Source of the DNA: a virus
Taxonomy: Duplodnaviria; Caudoviricetes
IMG/VR virus record: IMGVR_UViG_3300031949_000111
Span: 1 to 36,174 of that record
Direction: 5' to 3' (one strand)
DNA length: 36,174 bases
Under the pieces are notes generated by a model. The model was not told where the DNA came from. It ran no database searches and worked only from the letters and a program-made list of their open reading frames with translations. The stretch's first letter is position 1. The number at the start of each line of letters is the position of its first letter. The position numbers and the translations under genes are program-made. This document shows positions 1 to 9,931 of the stretch, piece by piece.

Positions 1-734
1 TGGATCGCCTGCTTGGCCAAGGTGAAGCCTGGCTTGAGCAAAGCCAGAGGCCCTACCGCAATCGATTCGAGCAGCTGGAAAGCAGCGAGCAAGCTCTGTC
101 CAGAAGTGGAGGGGGGAGTGAATGGAAGAACCCCTCCCGCTGGAGGAGTAGGCACAGCGGCACCACCAAAGAGCATGGTGTTCTCGTCGCTGGCGTACGT
201 CGTTCCCTTCACGAGCTGCTCCGTCGCACCGTCCCCGAGCAGGATCGTCCCGTCTTGCTTGACCTGGAGGCGCACGTTGTTATTCGCGCGGATATCGATG
301 TCGACGTCCTCCGCCCACACGAACACGCGATCGTTCCTGAAGATCGGCTTCTTGTCGGCCCCGAGGGGCACGGGGCAGTAGGTGCTGTGAAGGATCGACA
401 TGATCACCGGGGGGAGGCCAGGGTCGCCGTCGGGCAGGACGACGAGGACGCGGTCGCCCGGCTTGATCGGGGTCGTGATGGTGGCGTGGCAGCCCCCCTG
501 GATGCCCGAGTAGTGCGCCGTAACCATCAGGTCCAGGGGTTCGAGCAGGACATCGACCTCGACGCCCTCCGGCCCGACGTAAACCGCGTGCTGGTTGTCC
601 GGGTCGAAGTCGCCCTCGTCGCTCATCACGCCGACCGTTCCGTAAGACACCCAGTGCCTCGGGTCGATACCGGGCATGGTCAGGGCCTTCGCCAGGCGCT
701 GTGTATCCCAGGCGCGGCGGATGTTCGTGCTCAT
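1..734 (-). CDS. Baseplate spike/puncturing protein (Gp5/GpV-like), truncated by window edge
   Basis: Not in the ORF track. ATG at 734-732 overlaps the TGA of the hub gene; frame MSTNIRRAWDTQRLAKALTMPGIDPRHWVSYGTV...PIKPGDRVLVVLPDGDP stays open to the edge. P-x-x-GDRVLV resembles the spike OB-fold; position after hub. Confidence 0.7.
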   Translation of the reverse strand, partial: MSTNIRRAWDTQRLAKALTMPGIDPRHWVSYGTVGVMSDEGDFDPDNQHAVYVGPEGVEVDVLLEPLDLMVTAHYSGIQGGCHATITTPIKPGDRVLVVLPDGDPGLPPVIMSILHSTYCPVPLGADKKPIFRNDRVFVWAEDVDIDIRANNNVRLQVKQDGTILLGDGATEQLVKGTTYASDENTMLFGGAAVPTPPAGGVLPFTPPSTSGQSLLAAFQLLESIAVGPLALLKPGFTLAKQAI

Positions 735-2914
735 CAGAGGATCCCCCGATTGACGAGGTCGGCGGCTTCTTCCGCCTTCTTTCGCCTCTCCTCGGCATCC
801 TTGTCCGCGTCGGCGCGCTCGGCGACCGAGTCCTCGCGGCGTTCCTCGTCCGCTTCGAGGGACTGTGCGCCGAGGTTCTTCGAGTCGCTGTACGCCTCGA
901 TGTAGTTGACCAGCTCCATAGAGACGGAGTAGCCATCGTCGGCCGTGAACCTGTGCTTGGCGCTCCGGCAGTAGAAGACGTCCTGGAGCTTGGCCGCACC
1001 GAGCGCGGTCATGATCCTGTCGGTGAACTTCTCCGTCTGCGCGTCCTTCTGGTGGAAGCGCCCGGCCTGCTCGCGCAGCATCTTGGCGATCTGCTCGCGC
1101 CGCTTCTCGAACACCTCGGACAGCGGCGAGATGACCAGGGTCTTGCCCTGCCCCTCCGTCCTGTGCTCGCGGGCTACGGTCACGCGGCAAGGCGACCCCG
1201 GGCGCAAGCGCAGGAGGTCAGGGTCGTCGTTGTGATCCTTGCCCGCGGGGACAACCGGCGAACCAGGGAGGAACGCCCCGCGCTCGGCCGATGGATCGAT
1301 GTAGCTGGCCATCTCGTCCGTCTCGATCTGGACGGAAAGCTCCTGCCGGGAGAGCTGGTGGTAGATGCTGACGGCGATCTGCATGAGCGCATCCTTCTTC
1401 CTGATGCCGCGCACGACCACCGTCTTGACCTCGTCGACCTTGCCCTCGCCCTTCGCGCCCATGCGCGAGATGTGCGCGTCCGGAGGGAAGCGCTGGCGGA
1501 TCGTCCTCTCCTTTGGGGGGGCGTCGGGGTTCAGGCTGATCACCTCGACGGCGGGGGCCTTGATCCTGCCCAGCTTCCTGCTGGTCTTCATGCTCTTGAT
1601 GTTGTGTCCCCAGACCATGAAGCGCACCTGGGACAGCACGGGGTTCTTCGTGACGGGGTCGATGACGAAGCGCCCGAACTCGTCGGCGGGCCCCCCGATC
1701 ACGGTCACGCCGCCGTCCACGCGGCGGAAGATGGTCTGAGGCGGGCGCAGCAGGAGAAAGTTCTTGGGATCGACGCCCGTCTTCTTGTCGACGGGCAAGC
1801 TCGGGTCGTAGACGGGCAGGCAGCCCGACAGCTCGCACGCCTGCGTGATCAAGTCCCACAGCGACATCTCCTGGCCGGGTGACTTCGGGTTCATCCTGGG
1901 GTCGCCGAGGGCGGAACCATTCTCTTGCCCATCGGCAGTACCTCCCGTGTCCTGTTGAGCCGCCGCAGGGGCGGGAGTCTGCGGGCTTCCCCCGCCCGAG
2001 AGCGCGGCGTTGCGGCTGGCCGCGGTCTGGAGCGACCGCAGCAGCAGGCCCCGGTCCAAGATCGGCTCCTTCTCTGGGGGCGACCCATACCAGGCCGCGC
2101 GGAACTGGTCGCCGAACTTGCCGCTGGTCTGCGGGAACTGCCCGAGGATGCGGTTGACATAGGCGCTGATCTTCTCGCCCGATCCCGTGATCTTGTAGGC
2201 GGGAGCCCTCGGGTTGATCTTCGCGTCGATCATGACTGCCTCGTAGCTTCGCGCCTTGATGCTCACGGTCGCGTCGTCGTCCCCGTGGCTCGTCTCCCAC
2301 TCGTCGACGTAACCCCTGAACATCAGACGCGCCCTGCCTCCCTCCTTGTCCACGTCGAGGGGCAATCGCCAGGACTCGGGCTTGCCGAAGCTCTCCGCCG
2401 TCACGGTTCCAACGTAGGCCTCCACCAGTGCGGCCCTGATGATCTCGGAGACGAACGGGGCGTCCCTGAACGGAAACGACGCCGTTATGGTGTCCGCGAT
2501 CCTGAAGCTGTTCAGGTCGACGTCCAGCTCGGTCGGGACCACGATGACCTCGATCGAGTGGTCGTCCCCGGGCGAGAGCGTCTGCGCCGATACGGGAAGC
2601 TGGTCCACGAACGACTCCGAGAAGTTCCCGCGCCTGCTCTGTGTCAGCTTCGCCTTCTCTTGCTCTGCCGTGCGGATCTTCTTGTCCAGAATGGCGGCAG
2701 ACGTACCGTCTGGGCTCCCCGTCGCGCTCGCAGCTCCTGCGCTAGCACGCTGCTCCTTGAGGCGCTTCAGCTTGGTGTCGGCTTGCTTGACCTGCTGCTT
2801 AAACGGGGATGACTCGCTCTGAACGTCAAGAAGCTCCTCGGCGGTGGGCTGCTTGAAGTCATCGAGCCTAATGAAGAGGCGCAGGAAAGACGCTGGTCGA
2901 TAAACGCGCTCCAT
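734..2914 (-). CDS. Baseplate hub protein (gp27/GpD-like)
   Basis: 726 aa; FRGYVDEWETSH...VSIKARSY hub-like segment; lies between tail initiator and spike. Confidence 0.65.
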   Translation of the reverse strand: MERVYRPASFLRLFIRLDDFKQPTAEELLDVQSESSPFKQQVKQADTKLKRLKEQRASAGAASATGSPDGTSAAILDKKIRTAEQEKAKLTQSRRGNFSESFVDQLPVSAQTLSPGDDHSIEVIVVPTELDVDLNSFRIADTITASFPFRDAPFVSEIIRAALVEAYVGTVTAESFGKPESWRLPLDVDKEGGRARLMFRGYVDEWETSHGDDDATVSIKARSYEAVMIDAKINPRAPAYKITGSGEKISAYVNRILGQFPQTSGKFGDQFRAAWYGSPPEKEPILDRGLLLRSLQTAASRNAALSGGGSPQTPAPAAAQQDTGGTADGQENGSALGDPRMNPKSPGQEMSLWDLITQACELSGCLPVYDPSLPVDKKTGVDPKNFLLLRPPQTIFRRVDGGVTVIGGPADEFGRFVIDPVTKNPVLSQVRFMVWGHNIKSMKTSRKLGRIKAPAVEVISLNPDAPPKERTIRQRFPPDAHISRMGAKGEGKVDEVKTVVVRGIRKKDALMQIAVSIYHQLSRQELSVQIETDEMASYIDPSAERGAFLPGSPVVPAGKDHNDDPDLLRLRPGSPCRVTVAREHRTEGQGKTLVISPLSEVFEKRREQIAKMLREQAGRFHQKDAQTEKFTDRIMTALGAAKLQDVFYCRSAKHRFTADDGYSVSMELVNYIEAYSDSKNLGAQSLEADEERREDSVAERADADKDAEERRKKAEEAADLVNRGIL

Positions 2915-4114
2915 CTAGCACGCCTGACGGAGATCGCCGGGTGCTCCATCGGTACGCCTCGGGATCCTGATAGGACGGGCAGGGTCGTCGCTCGCACCGT
3001 CGGGCAGGCTAGGCACGTTCGACGAAGACAGCCCGTTGAAGTCAGCAATCTGCCACCACAGGTCAGCGTCCCCGTAGTACTGCCTGGCCAGGTCGCGTAA
3101 ATCGGTGCCCGCGGGCGGTCGTACCTCGGCCAAGACCTCGGGCAGCATCTTCGCAGCCAGCGAATCGTCGGCCTGGATAGCCTTCTCCAGCGAGGAGTCG
3201 GAGCTGCGGCACACAGTGTAGATCTGAGTCTTGGTATCCAGGAACGACAGGGCGCGGTCCACGAAGGTCCCTCCCATGCTCCCAAGAAAGAAGGACTCGA
3301 CGTTCGCGCCGCGAGCCGTGAGCAGATCGATCAGGTCGCGAAGCGCCCCGGCGCTGTTCTGGAGGGTCCCGCGCGAGCGCTCTATCAGGTCGCTAGTCAG
3401 GCTGTCCTGCGTGCTGAGCGCCTGCGTGACCTTGTTCAAGATCGACACGCCATCTACGATCGCGTTCTGGATGCGATCGGACTCCTCTTCGAACCGCTGA
3501 CTGAAGCCCGCGATCTTGTTCAGGGGAGACTTCACGAAGGCGTTGATCTCCGCGACCATCTTCCCAAATTCTCCTGCGGCTGCCTGGAAGCCCTCGCGTT
3601 CGTCTGTTGTCCCGGCCGACAGCACGGGAGCCGATGCGGGCTCATCCCGCCCGCGCCACTCGAACTCGATCTCCCAGGCCACGTCCTGCGGCCTCTCGAA
3701 CTTCGGGACAATCCTCTTGACGATGCCCGTGCGCACGATGGACTTCGTGTTGGCGGGAAGCTCTCCCGAGGGAAGGATCGTGTCGCCCCAGACGACCTTG
3801 ACCTGGAAGCCGCTGCGGACCAGCCCCTCGAACGTCGTGACCAGCCCTTTGGCCGCGCCGTTGCCGAGGAAGATGTCCTTCCACATGCCGCTGATGACGG
3901 TGTTCTGCTCGATCGGGCCAAACACCTGCTGCGAGGCCACAGGGTTGCCCGCGTAGTACGTGGTCTTCGAGCGCTGCTCGGTCCCATATGAGATCCCACG
4001 ATAGGGCAACGCCCTACCCTCCAGACGTATGACCTTGTTCTGCCCCGTCGACGTCTTTTCCCCTTCGAGAATCTCGACGCTGAATGCGTTCGCCTGCGAG
4101 AGGAAATCCGCCAT
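2915..4114 (-). CDS. Tail tube initiator / baseplate protein with C-terminal LysM-like domain
   Basis: 399 aa; C-terminal GTDLRDLARQYYGDADLWWQIADFNGL is a LysM/tail-X-like motif; directly after tape measure. Confidence 0.7.
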   Translation of the reverse strand: MADFLSQANAFSVEILEGEKTSTGQNKVIRLEGRALPYRGISYGTEQRSKTTYYAGNPVASQQVFGPIEQNTVISGMWKDIFLGNGAAKGLVTTFEGLVRSGFQVKVVWGDTILPSGELPANTKSIVRTGIVKRIVPKFERPQDVAWEIEFEWRGRDEPASAPVLSAGTTDEREGFQAAAGEFGKMVAEINAFVKSPLNKIAGFSQRFEEESDRIQNAIVDGVSILNKVTQALSTQDSLTSDLIERSRGTLQNSAGALRDLIDLLTARGANVESFFLGSMGGTFVDRALSFLDTKTQIYTVCRSSDSSLEKAIQADDSLAAKMLPEVLAEVRPPAGTDLRDLARQYYGDADLWWQIADFNGLSSSNVPSLPDGASDDPARPIRIPRRTDGAPGDLRQAC

Positions 4115-5808
4115 CAGAACCCCTGGACCGCGCTGCCGACGGTGCTCATCTGCGCCGCGTCGGCCAGGCCCTCAAGCCCCTGCTTGAACGTGAGAAATAC
4201 CCGGTCAGGGTCCTGGTCCTTGAAGTCCTGCGTGATGTGAATGTCGCCGGTGAACGGACCGACCTGCGGGGCCTTTGTGACGTTCGGTCCTACGCCTGGC
4301 GCCAAGGAAGGTGACGGCCCTATGAACTGCAGCATACTGGCCTTGCGCTCAAGCTCGACGGATGTGGCCGCGACGACGCGGTCGAGGACCGAGGCATCAA
4401 CTCTGCCCGTGTAGCCCTGTCGCTCAGCCAGATCCTTCCTCATCTCTGCCATCTCGGAACCCGAGAGCATCCGCTTCAGCTCCGTGCGGTTGACCGTCGT
4501 TCCCGTCATCAGGCCGAGAGACTTTGCGTGAGCGAGCGCCGTGCGGGCTCCCTTGGCCCCGGTCGTGGTCTGGAGCGCGTCCAGCATGGCCTGCCCGCTC
4601 GTCTTCATCTTGGCGACCCTCTCCGCCTCCGCGACCTTTTGGTCGCCGAGGTGGTCCACGTAGGCCGCGATCGCAAGGCCAAGGCCGACCGCCGCCGCCG
4701 CCGCGATGTTCAGCTTGGACGCGAACGCCGCGAGCCCACCCGTGGCCCCTCCCAAGGCAGGTCCGAAGCCAGGCAGAAACATCTGCGCCGCGCTGCCTCC
4801 CTTGGGCGCCCCTTTCCCCAAAAACCCAGAGAGAGATCCTGCCACGTCGGAGAACTTCGACGTGACGAAGACCGCCGCGATCGCCTTCCAGTTCGACAGG
4901 ATGCCACCAGTGATTTTTTCCAGCGTCTTGAACGCGCTCAGAAGCTTGTCCCCGTACACCTGGACGAGGGTCCTCCCATCGGCCGTCACCTGTGACAGAT
5001 GCTTGCGCCAGACTTCTAACTTCTGCGCAATGTACGTGACGGTTGGCGCTCCGATGTTGCGCAGGGTGGTCACAAAGAAGTTTTGCAACCGGAACATCGT
5101 TCCCGACAAGCCTTTGCTCATCTCTTCGGCTGCCGGCGCCAGGTCAGCAAATCCACGCTGCATTCGACGATACAGCTCAGGAGCGGCTATTTTCTTGGTG
5201 TTCCCGAGCATGTCACGCAAAGCGTTGCTGAACGGATCAAACCCACGTACGCGCCCAGTAATCAACGCGCGAGTCACAGTGACAGCCGCTTGCTCTCCGG
5301 AAACTCCGAAGACCTTCGATGCAGCTGCCGCCTGATTCGTCAGATTCAGAACCTGTTTCTGGTCCATTCCGAGCCGCGTGAACGCCGGCCCTGCAACTTG
5401 CCGATATACATTTCCAAGTTCGGTCAGCGGGATTGCCAATCGCATCTCCGTCTTCTCAAGCTCCTCGGTGACAGCGGTCGCCTGCCGCATCGAGTGAGTT
5501 ATGCGATCCATCGTCGTCAGTTCAGCCTTCCATCCTTGGAAGGCAAACAGAGCGCCGGCCAACGACTTTTGCGTGTGCCCCAGTTCCATATTAGCGGTGG
5601 CTATCTGGCGAGCCAGAGCCCCGAACCCAAACCCAATCCCAAGTCCGGTAGCCGTGGTCAGGGCTGCGTTCTTGGCGAATCCTCCAAGTCTCTTTTGAAG
5701 GCTGTCAGCAGCGGTGGACGTTTTCTGGAACGCCCTCTCCATCCTCTGGGCGACGGGGGACATTTTGTCCTCCGCCTCGAACGTCGCGCTCGTTAGGATC
5801 TCCGCCAC
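4114..5808 (-). CDS. Tail tape measure protein
   Basis: 564 aa Ala/Gly-rich helical protein, N-terminal ATFEAEDKMSPV, after tube and chaperone; GTG start. Confidence 0.8.
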   Translation of the reverse strand: MAEILTSATFEAEDKMSPVAQRMERAFQKTSTAADSLQKRLGGFAKNAALTTATGLGIGFGFGALARQIATANMELGHTQKSLAGALFAFQGWKAELTTMDRITHSMRQATAVTEELEKTEMRLAIPLTELGNVYRQVAGPAFTRLGMDQKQVLNLTNQAAAASKVFGVSGEQAAVTVTRALITGRVRGFDPFSNALRDMLGNTKKIAAPELYRRMQRGFADLAPAAEEMSKGLSGTMFRLQNFFVTTLRNIGAPTVTYIAQKLEVWRKHLSQVTADGRTLVQVYGDKLLSAFKTLEKITGGILSNWKAIAAVFVTSKFSDVAGSLSGFLGKGAPKGGSAAQMFLPGFGPALGGATGGLAAFASKLNIAAAAAVGLGLAIAAYVDHLGDQKVAEAERVAKMKTSGQAMLDALQTTTGAKGARTALAHAKSLGLMTGTTVNRTELKRMLSGSEMAEMRKDLAERQGYTGRVDASVLDRVVAATSVELERKASMLQFIGPSPSLAPGVGPNVTKAPQVGPFTGDIHITQDFKDQDPDRVFLTFKQGLEGLADAAQMSTVGSAVQGF

Positions 5809-5817
5809 GCTTATACT

Positions 5818-5997
5818 TTACTTTGGCTTGGACTCCCTGTCGACGAGACGACTTAGTGCCTCCTCAAAGTCAGCGGCCTCATTGTTGGTGAGAAGCAAGA
5901 TCTCAGACAGAGGCTGGTGCCCATATCGGGCGATGTACGCGATTCTGTCCCAACGGCGATCGCGTGATTCGACTAGATGACGACTTCGATCGTGTCT
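5818..5997 (-). CDS. Tail assembly chaperone -1 frameshift extension (gpGT-like C-terminal part)
   Basis: 59 open codons in the -1 frame (RHDRSRHLVESRDRRWDRIAYIARYGHQPLSEILLLTNNEAADFEEALSRLVDRESKPK), starting at slippery T TTT TTA (6003-5997), with no ATG or GTG of its own. Confidence 0.7.
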   Translation of the reverse strand, partial: RHDRSRHLVESRDRRWDRIAYIARYGHQPLSEILLLTNNEAADFEEALSRLVDRESKPK

Positions 5998-6389
5998 AAA
6001 AAATTCTTGACCGTTGCTTCATTCGCCTGGCTCTTGGCCAGGAGCGCGCGTACGAGGAGATCTCGCACAATCGCCGAGCAGCCTTCCAAAAACATCTCGC
6101 GCTCTCCTGCGGATGATGAAAGCACGTTCCCATCCACTGACACGATGGCGCGCTTGAGATTTTCGTAGGCCGTCATCGTCCCCGCGTTCATGGAAGCTTT
6201 CGTCGAGGCCTCTTCTTCTGACAGGGTCAGAGTCCGATAAATCACGACGGACGGATCGGAGGGAAATTCCCGACAATGCTCGGGTATCCGGCATATGTAC
6301 TTCGCCCGTGATGCGGCGAGTGCGCTGACCGCAGCCTGCGGATTTGATGGTGATTCTTGCTTCAGAACTGCTGACTGTTCTTTGGACAT
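5973..6389 (-). CDS. Tail assembly chaperone (gpG-like)
   Basis: 138 aa between tube and tape measure; slippery heptamer near its 3' end. Confidence 0.75.
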   Translation of the reverse strand: MSKEQSAVLKQESPSNPQAAVSALAASRAKYICRIPEHCREFPSDPSVVIYRTLTLSEEEASTKASMNAGTMTAYENLKRAIVSVDGNVLSSSAGEREMFLEGCSAIVRDLLVRALLAKSQANEATVKNFLDTIEVVI

Positions 6390-6440
6390 GTTTGTAGCCC
6401 CAGCATCCTCTGGGGATCATGTCTCTGTCAAGCAGAAGGA

Positions 6441-6875
6441 TTAGATCGAGAGAATGTAGCTCGATGCCTTGTACGTGAATGTCATGCTCACGTAGCCATC
6501 CCGTGCCCCTGGATTGAACGGGATGGGATCGAATTTCATGTCGGGTATCGTGATGCGTGCCACAGATCCGTCCGGGAAGACCGTACGGAACGTCGCCGAT
6601 ATGACGGTGGCTCCCGCGATTCTTCTGCTCGCGCGCTCAAAGATCTTCCTCTGGAGATCGAGAACATCGGTTCCCTCGGGGTGAACGGTGAAACTCCCAC
6701 CGACCTCCTCGAAGATTTCGTCCTGCCTGTTCGCAGTTTCTCCGAGATAGCCCTCGCTCAAGATGCGGGTGCGCATCTCGAAGTTGAAGTCTTTGATGGC
6801 CGTGATCTCGTTCAGCAGCTCATTGTCCCGCGTGAGGCGGACCGTGACCTGCTGCCCTATGACTCGAAGTTCCAT
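6441..6875 (-). CDS. Tail tube protein
   Basis: 144 aa beta-rich protein directly after sheath; AGGAG RBS. Confidence 0.75.
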   Translation of the reverse strand: MELRVIGQQVTVRLTRDNELLNEITAIKDFNFEMRTRILSEGYLGETANRQDEIFEEVGGSFTVHPEGTDVLDLQRKIFERASRRIAGATVISATFRTVFPDGSVARITIPDMKFDPIPFNPGARDGYVSMTFTYKASSYILSI

Positions 6876-6890
6876 GCTTCAGCTCCTCAC

Positions 6891-8789
6891 TCAGGCTACC
6901 TGGGTGATAACCACGGTCGGACCAATTTCGGTTTCTAGAATAATGGCGTTCAAGTCACCGAGCATGCGCGCTTGGATTTTGAATGTCCTGATTCCCGCCC
7001 CAGTGAGAGACTTGGTGTTCCCGCTCTTCTCATCGATCGAGTATTCCTCGATCCTCTGCTGCGACGGGTTTTCGGCCGATACAAGGCCGGACAAGAATCC
7101 ATCGAACCCACCAACCATTGCGTCGACACGATCGGTAGTGCCCGGCTTCTTTGAATGCTTCGATGAGATTGCCACAAGAGAATCCTGGATGAAATCGGCC
7201 ATGCGACGCCGATTGTCTGCAGTTCGTGTGGGGAACTCATCGGGATCAGACGCGGTCACAGCGCTGTAGAACCACCAGCCGGCCGTCCGATCCTTCTGGA
7301 GTGCGGATACGCCGTTGGCCTTGAATGCCACGTAGTCGCTGCGCACGAGCGGGCTCGTGATGAAGGCATCCTCGATGCCCTGAATGACCTGGAGGACGCT
7401 GTTCTCGGGCGCCCCGACGGACGACTGGAACTCCTCCGGGATGCTGGCGAGCATCGACGCCTTGAACCCGCCCGGGCTGACGAGGATGTTTCTGTTCAGC
7501 TCAGAGGAGAAGATCTTGACGTAGGGGAAGTTGACGAAAGCGCGATCGGAATCCGTGCTGGTCGCCGCCGCGAAGTCAGCGGCCGGAAGGGCAATAACCG
7601 CAGCCTTGGCTGCCGTGGCCGCCGCGATAGTGTTCGCGGTCGCCGGGACCCCCGAGACGAGGGCCACGCGCCCCCGTCCCTGTGCCGAGGAGTTCACGCC
7701 GCTGTTCCAGAGGGGCACGCGGATGTTGTTCTTGATCGAGCTGGCGGCTGCTGCGCACCAGTTGCGCGCGGACCAGACAACCGCGATCTCGTTCATCGGA
7801 GAATCCGACGGTGCTACCTTGCTGATTGCGGCAGCGTAGAGAGTGGTCACGCGGTCGGCGAGATTGGTAAGCGCCGTGTCCGTAGTCGGGGCGAAGATCG
7901 CCGTGGCAGCCGCGACGGAATTGACCGTCGAGATGTTGGTGGCAGCTATGGTCGACGTGACGTTCGGGATGGCGGGGTCGAGGACCGTGTCGATCACGCC
8001 GCTCAGCGCCGTGTGGCTCTTGATGAAGAATGCCGTCGGGCCGACGGAACCAACCACGGCCTTCTTGGGAAAACCGAAGGTAGCGCCCACGGTATCGTCG
8101 AGGATAAGCGTCAGCGCGCCTGTCTCCGGATCCTGGGAACAGTTGTAGACGTTCGCTGCGTCTCCCGAAGCAATGGTAGCTGCCACGGAAGAAATGCGGA
8201 TTTCGTTGCCCGTGATCTCCGTACCTTTGGGAATAAGCACATCCTGCGACAGCGCGATGACGTTGTTGGTGCCGACTGCATCGTCTGCGAAGCGGGTGCC
8301 TGCCGGGATCAGGATGTCCTTGCCCGTGATCGTAGAGTCGGCAGGATCTTGATCGGCCGTTGTGATCGTGACCCTGAACTGCACCGACGCCTTGACTCCG
8401 GTTCCCACGACAGCGTCGGTGGAGAACATGTCGGTATCGACGCGCCCGATCACGAGGCGTTTGAACGTCTTGCCCTTCAGCTCGGCGAACAGGTTGCCGT
8501 CGAATGAGATGCCCGACCCATCCTGCGCGGCCGTCGCGCCGTTGATGCCGTTCTGCGAGATGTGCGCGATCTTGAGGGGATCGCCGAGGTAGGTCGACAG
8601 CAGGTCGCCCGCGGAGAAGACCTCTTTGGGAAGGAAGGGTCCCTTCAGGGACTCACCTACGACTGCAGTCGCTCCGGGAGAAACACCAAGACTGACCGAG
8701 GGTCCCGTCTTGTCGACGATGATGATCTGTTCCAGCTCCAGCGCCTGCTGGATGGTAGGTGTCTGCGGGACGCGACTCACGTAGGGCAT
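6891..8789 (-). CDS. Tail sheath protein
   Basis: 632 aa; N-terminal GVSPGATAVVGESLKGP and C-terminal NRRRMADFIQDSL typical of contractile sheaths. Confidence 0.85.
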   Translation of the reverse strand: MPYVSRVPQTPTIQQALELEQIIIVDKTGPSVSLGVSPGATAVVGESLKGPFLPKEVFSAGDLLSTYLGDPLKIAHISQNGINGATAAQDGSGISFDGNLFAELKGKTFKRLVIGRVDTDMFSTDAVVGTGVKASVQFRVTITTADQDPADSTITGKDILIPAGTRFADDAVGTNNVIALSQDVLIPKGTEITGNEIRISSVAATIASGDAANVYNCSQDPETGALTLILDDTVGATFGFPKKAVVGSVGPTAFFIKSHTALSGVIDTVLDPAIPNVTSTIAATNISTVNSVAAATAIFAPTTDTALTNLADRVTTLYAAAISKVAPSDSPMNEIAVVWSARNWCAAAASSIKNNIRVPLWNSGVNSSAQGRGRVALVSGVPATANTIAAATAAKAAVIALPAADFAAATSTDSDRAFVNFPYVKIFSSELNRNILVSPGGFKASMLASIPEEFQSSVGAPENSVLQVIQGIEDAFITSPLVRSDYVAFKANGVSALQKDRTAGWWFYSAVTASDPDEFPTRTADNRRRMADFIQDSLVAISSKHSKKPGTTDRVDAMVGGFDGFLSGLVSAENPSQQRIEEYSIDEKSGNTKSLTGAGIRTFKIQARMLGDLNAIILETEIGPTVVITQVA

Positions 8790-8792
8790 TGC

Positions 8793-9428
8793 TCAGCCTC
8801 CTCGGGTAACCTTGACCACGACATTCGCTGCCAATGGATAAACAGGCCCCACAATCACCTGGGGTGCCTGGGCCATCACAGTGATCACGGCATTCCGCTG
8901 TTCCCGCATCGCGGTGTCTTCATTATCTATCACGCGCCCACCTTTCAACGCAAACCTCACGGGCACTCCAAAGTACTCGGGGAGCGTCAACCAGCGCCCA
9001 TACTGCGCGCCCTGCGGGTCGTCCATCAGGAACCCCGGGTTCTGGAACGCCTCCTCGACGCCGCGGATCGCCGCCTCGCACTCGGCGGGAGACGACGCAC
9101 GCATGCTGATCTCCAGGTCGCACTCGATCTCGGAGACCTTGTAGAGGGCAAATCCTGGTTCCCCCGGATTCTCCCACGTGTCCTCAAGAAGCTTGGGGGA
9201 GAAGGCCGAGTCACCATACTTCCAGTCCCCTGGAAGCACACATGCAGACGGCGAAACGAAGCGATCGATGAATGCCGGCCACGTCTCAAAGACCTCCGCA
9301 AAGTGGGTCATGCCCCCACCCGGGGCCTGCCATTCCAGACTGGCGATGTGATTGGCCAGGGACATCGCCATCGCGGCCCGCGCGTTTCTGGTAGCGCGTC
9401 GGCTGTATTCGTCCTTTGTGATCGGCAC
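8793..9428 (-). CDS. Putative tail terminator/completion protein
   Basis: 211 aa directly upstream of sheath; synteny only. Confidence 0.5.
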   Translation of the reverse strand: MPITKDEYSRRATRNARAAMAMSLANHIASLEWQAPGGGMTHFAEVFETWPAFIDRFVSPSACVLPGDWKYGDSAFSPKLLEDTWENPGEPGFALYKVSEIECDLEISMRASSPAECEAAIRGVEEAFQNPGFLMDDPQGAQYGRWLTLPEYFGVPVRFALKGGRVIDNEDTAMREQRNAVITVMAQAPQVIVGPVYPLAANVVVKVTRGG

Positions 9429-9931
9429 TATGGCACCGCCGCATTCATGGCCGCTACGATAGCCTTGCGCATTTCTGGGACCAACCGTTCAACGACTCTG
9501 CCGAGAACGTTTTTGGCCGGGATACCTTTGCGCGCGATGGACCGAGCCAAAGCGAATCCGATGCTACGCATGGCCGCGTTCATATCTCCCTTGGGAACAT
9601 CACGCAGAAGTCCCTTCCGTCTAGCCCATTCCCCGAGGACCGCAGCCGGCGGCATGCGCGCTCCTGGGCGCCGGCCGCCTTCTATGACGGAGGCATACAG
9701 CTGGGTGTTGAAAATCATGGCCCCGCGCGGGAGGTCTTGAGATTTCCATGACCAACGATAGGTGCCCATGTCCACGGGAGATGGAACCGTCTTGGCGATC
9801 TCGTCATGGACAAACTGTATGCCCCGATCAGAAGTGATCTGCATCGCCGTGATTCCAGCTTTTACCTGCGCCTTGGCCAGCTTGCGCAGCGTCGGAGCAA
9901 ACTCCCTGAACGTCGTCCGATAAACCGCCAT
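9428..9931 (-). CDS. Neck/tail completion protein (HK97 gp10-like)
   Basis: PVDMGTYRWSW and YASVIEGGRRPG motifs typical of HK97 gp10-like proteins. Confidence 0.7.
   Translation of the reverse strand: MAVYRTTFREFAPTLRKLAKAQVKAGITAMQITSDRGIQFVHDEIAKTVPSPVDMGTYRWSWKSQDLPRGAMIFNTQLYASVIEGGRRPGARMPPAAVLGEWARRKGLLRDVPKGDMNAAMRSIGFALARSIARKGIPAKNVLGRVVERLVPEMRKAIVAAMNAAVP

Noticed and set aside
6390-6440. TTGACA and CCCCAG/CTGGGG hairpin between tube and chaperone as another island-type promoter
   Set aside because: Lacks the TTATTGTG block and a convincing -10; more likely an attenuating hairpin.
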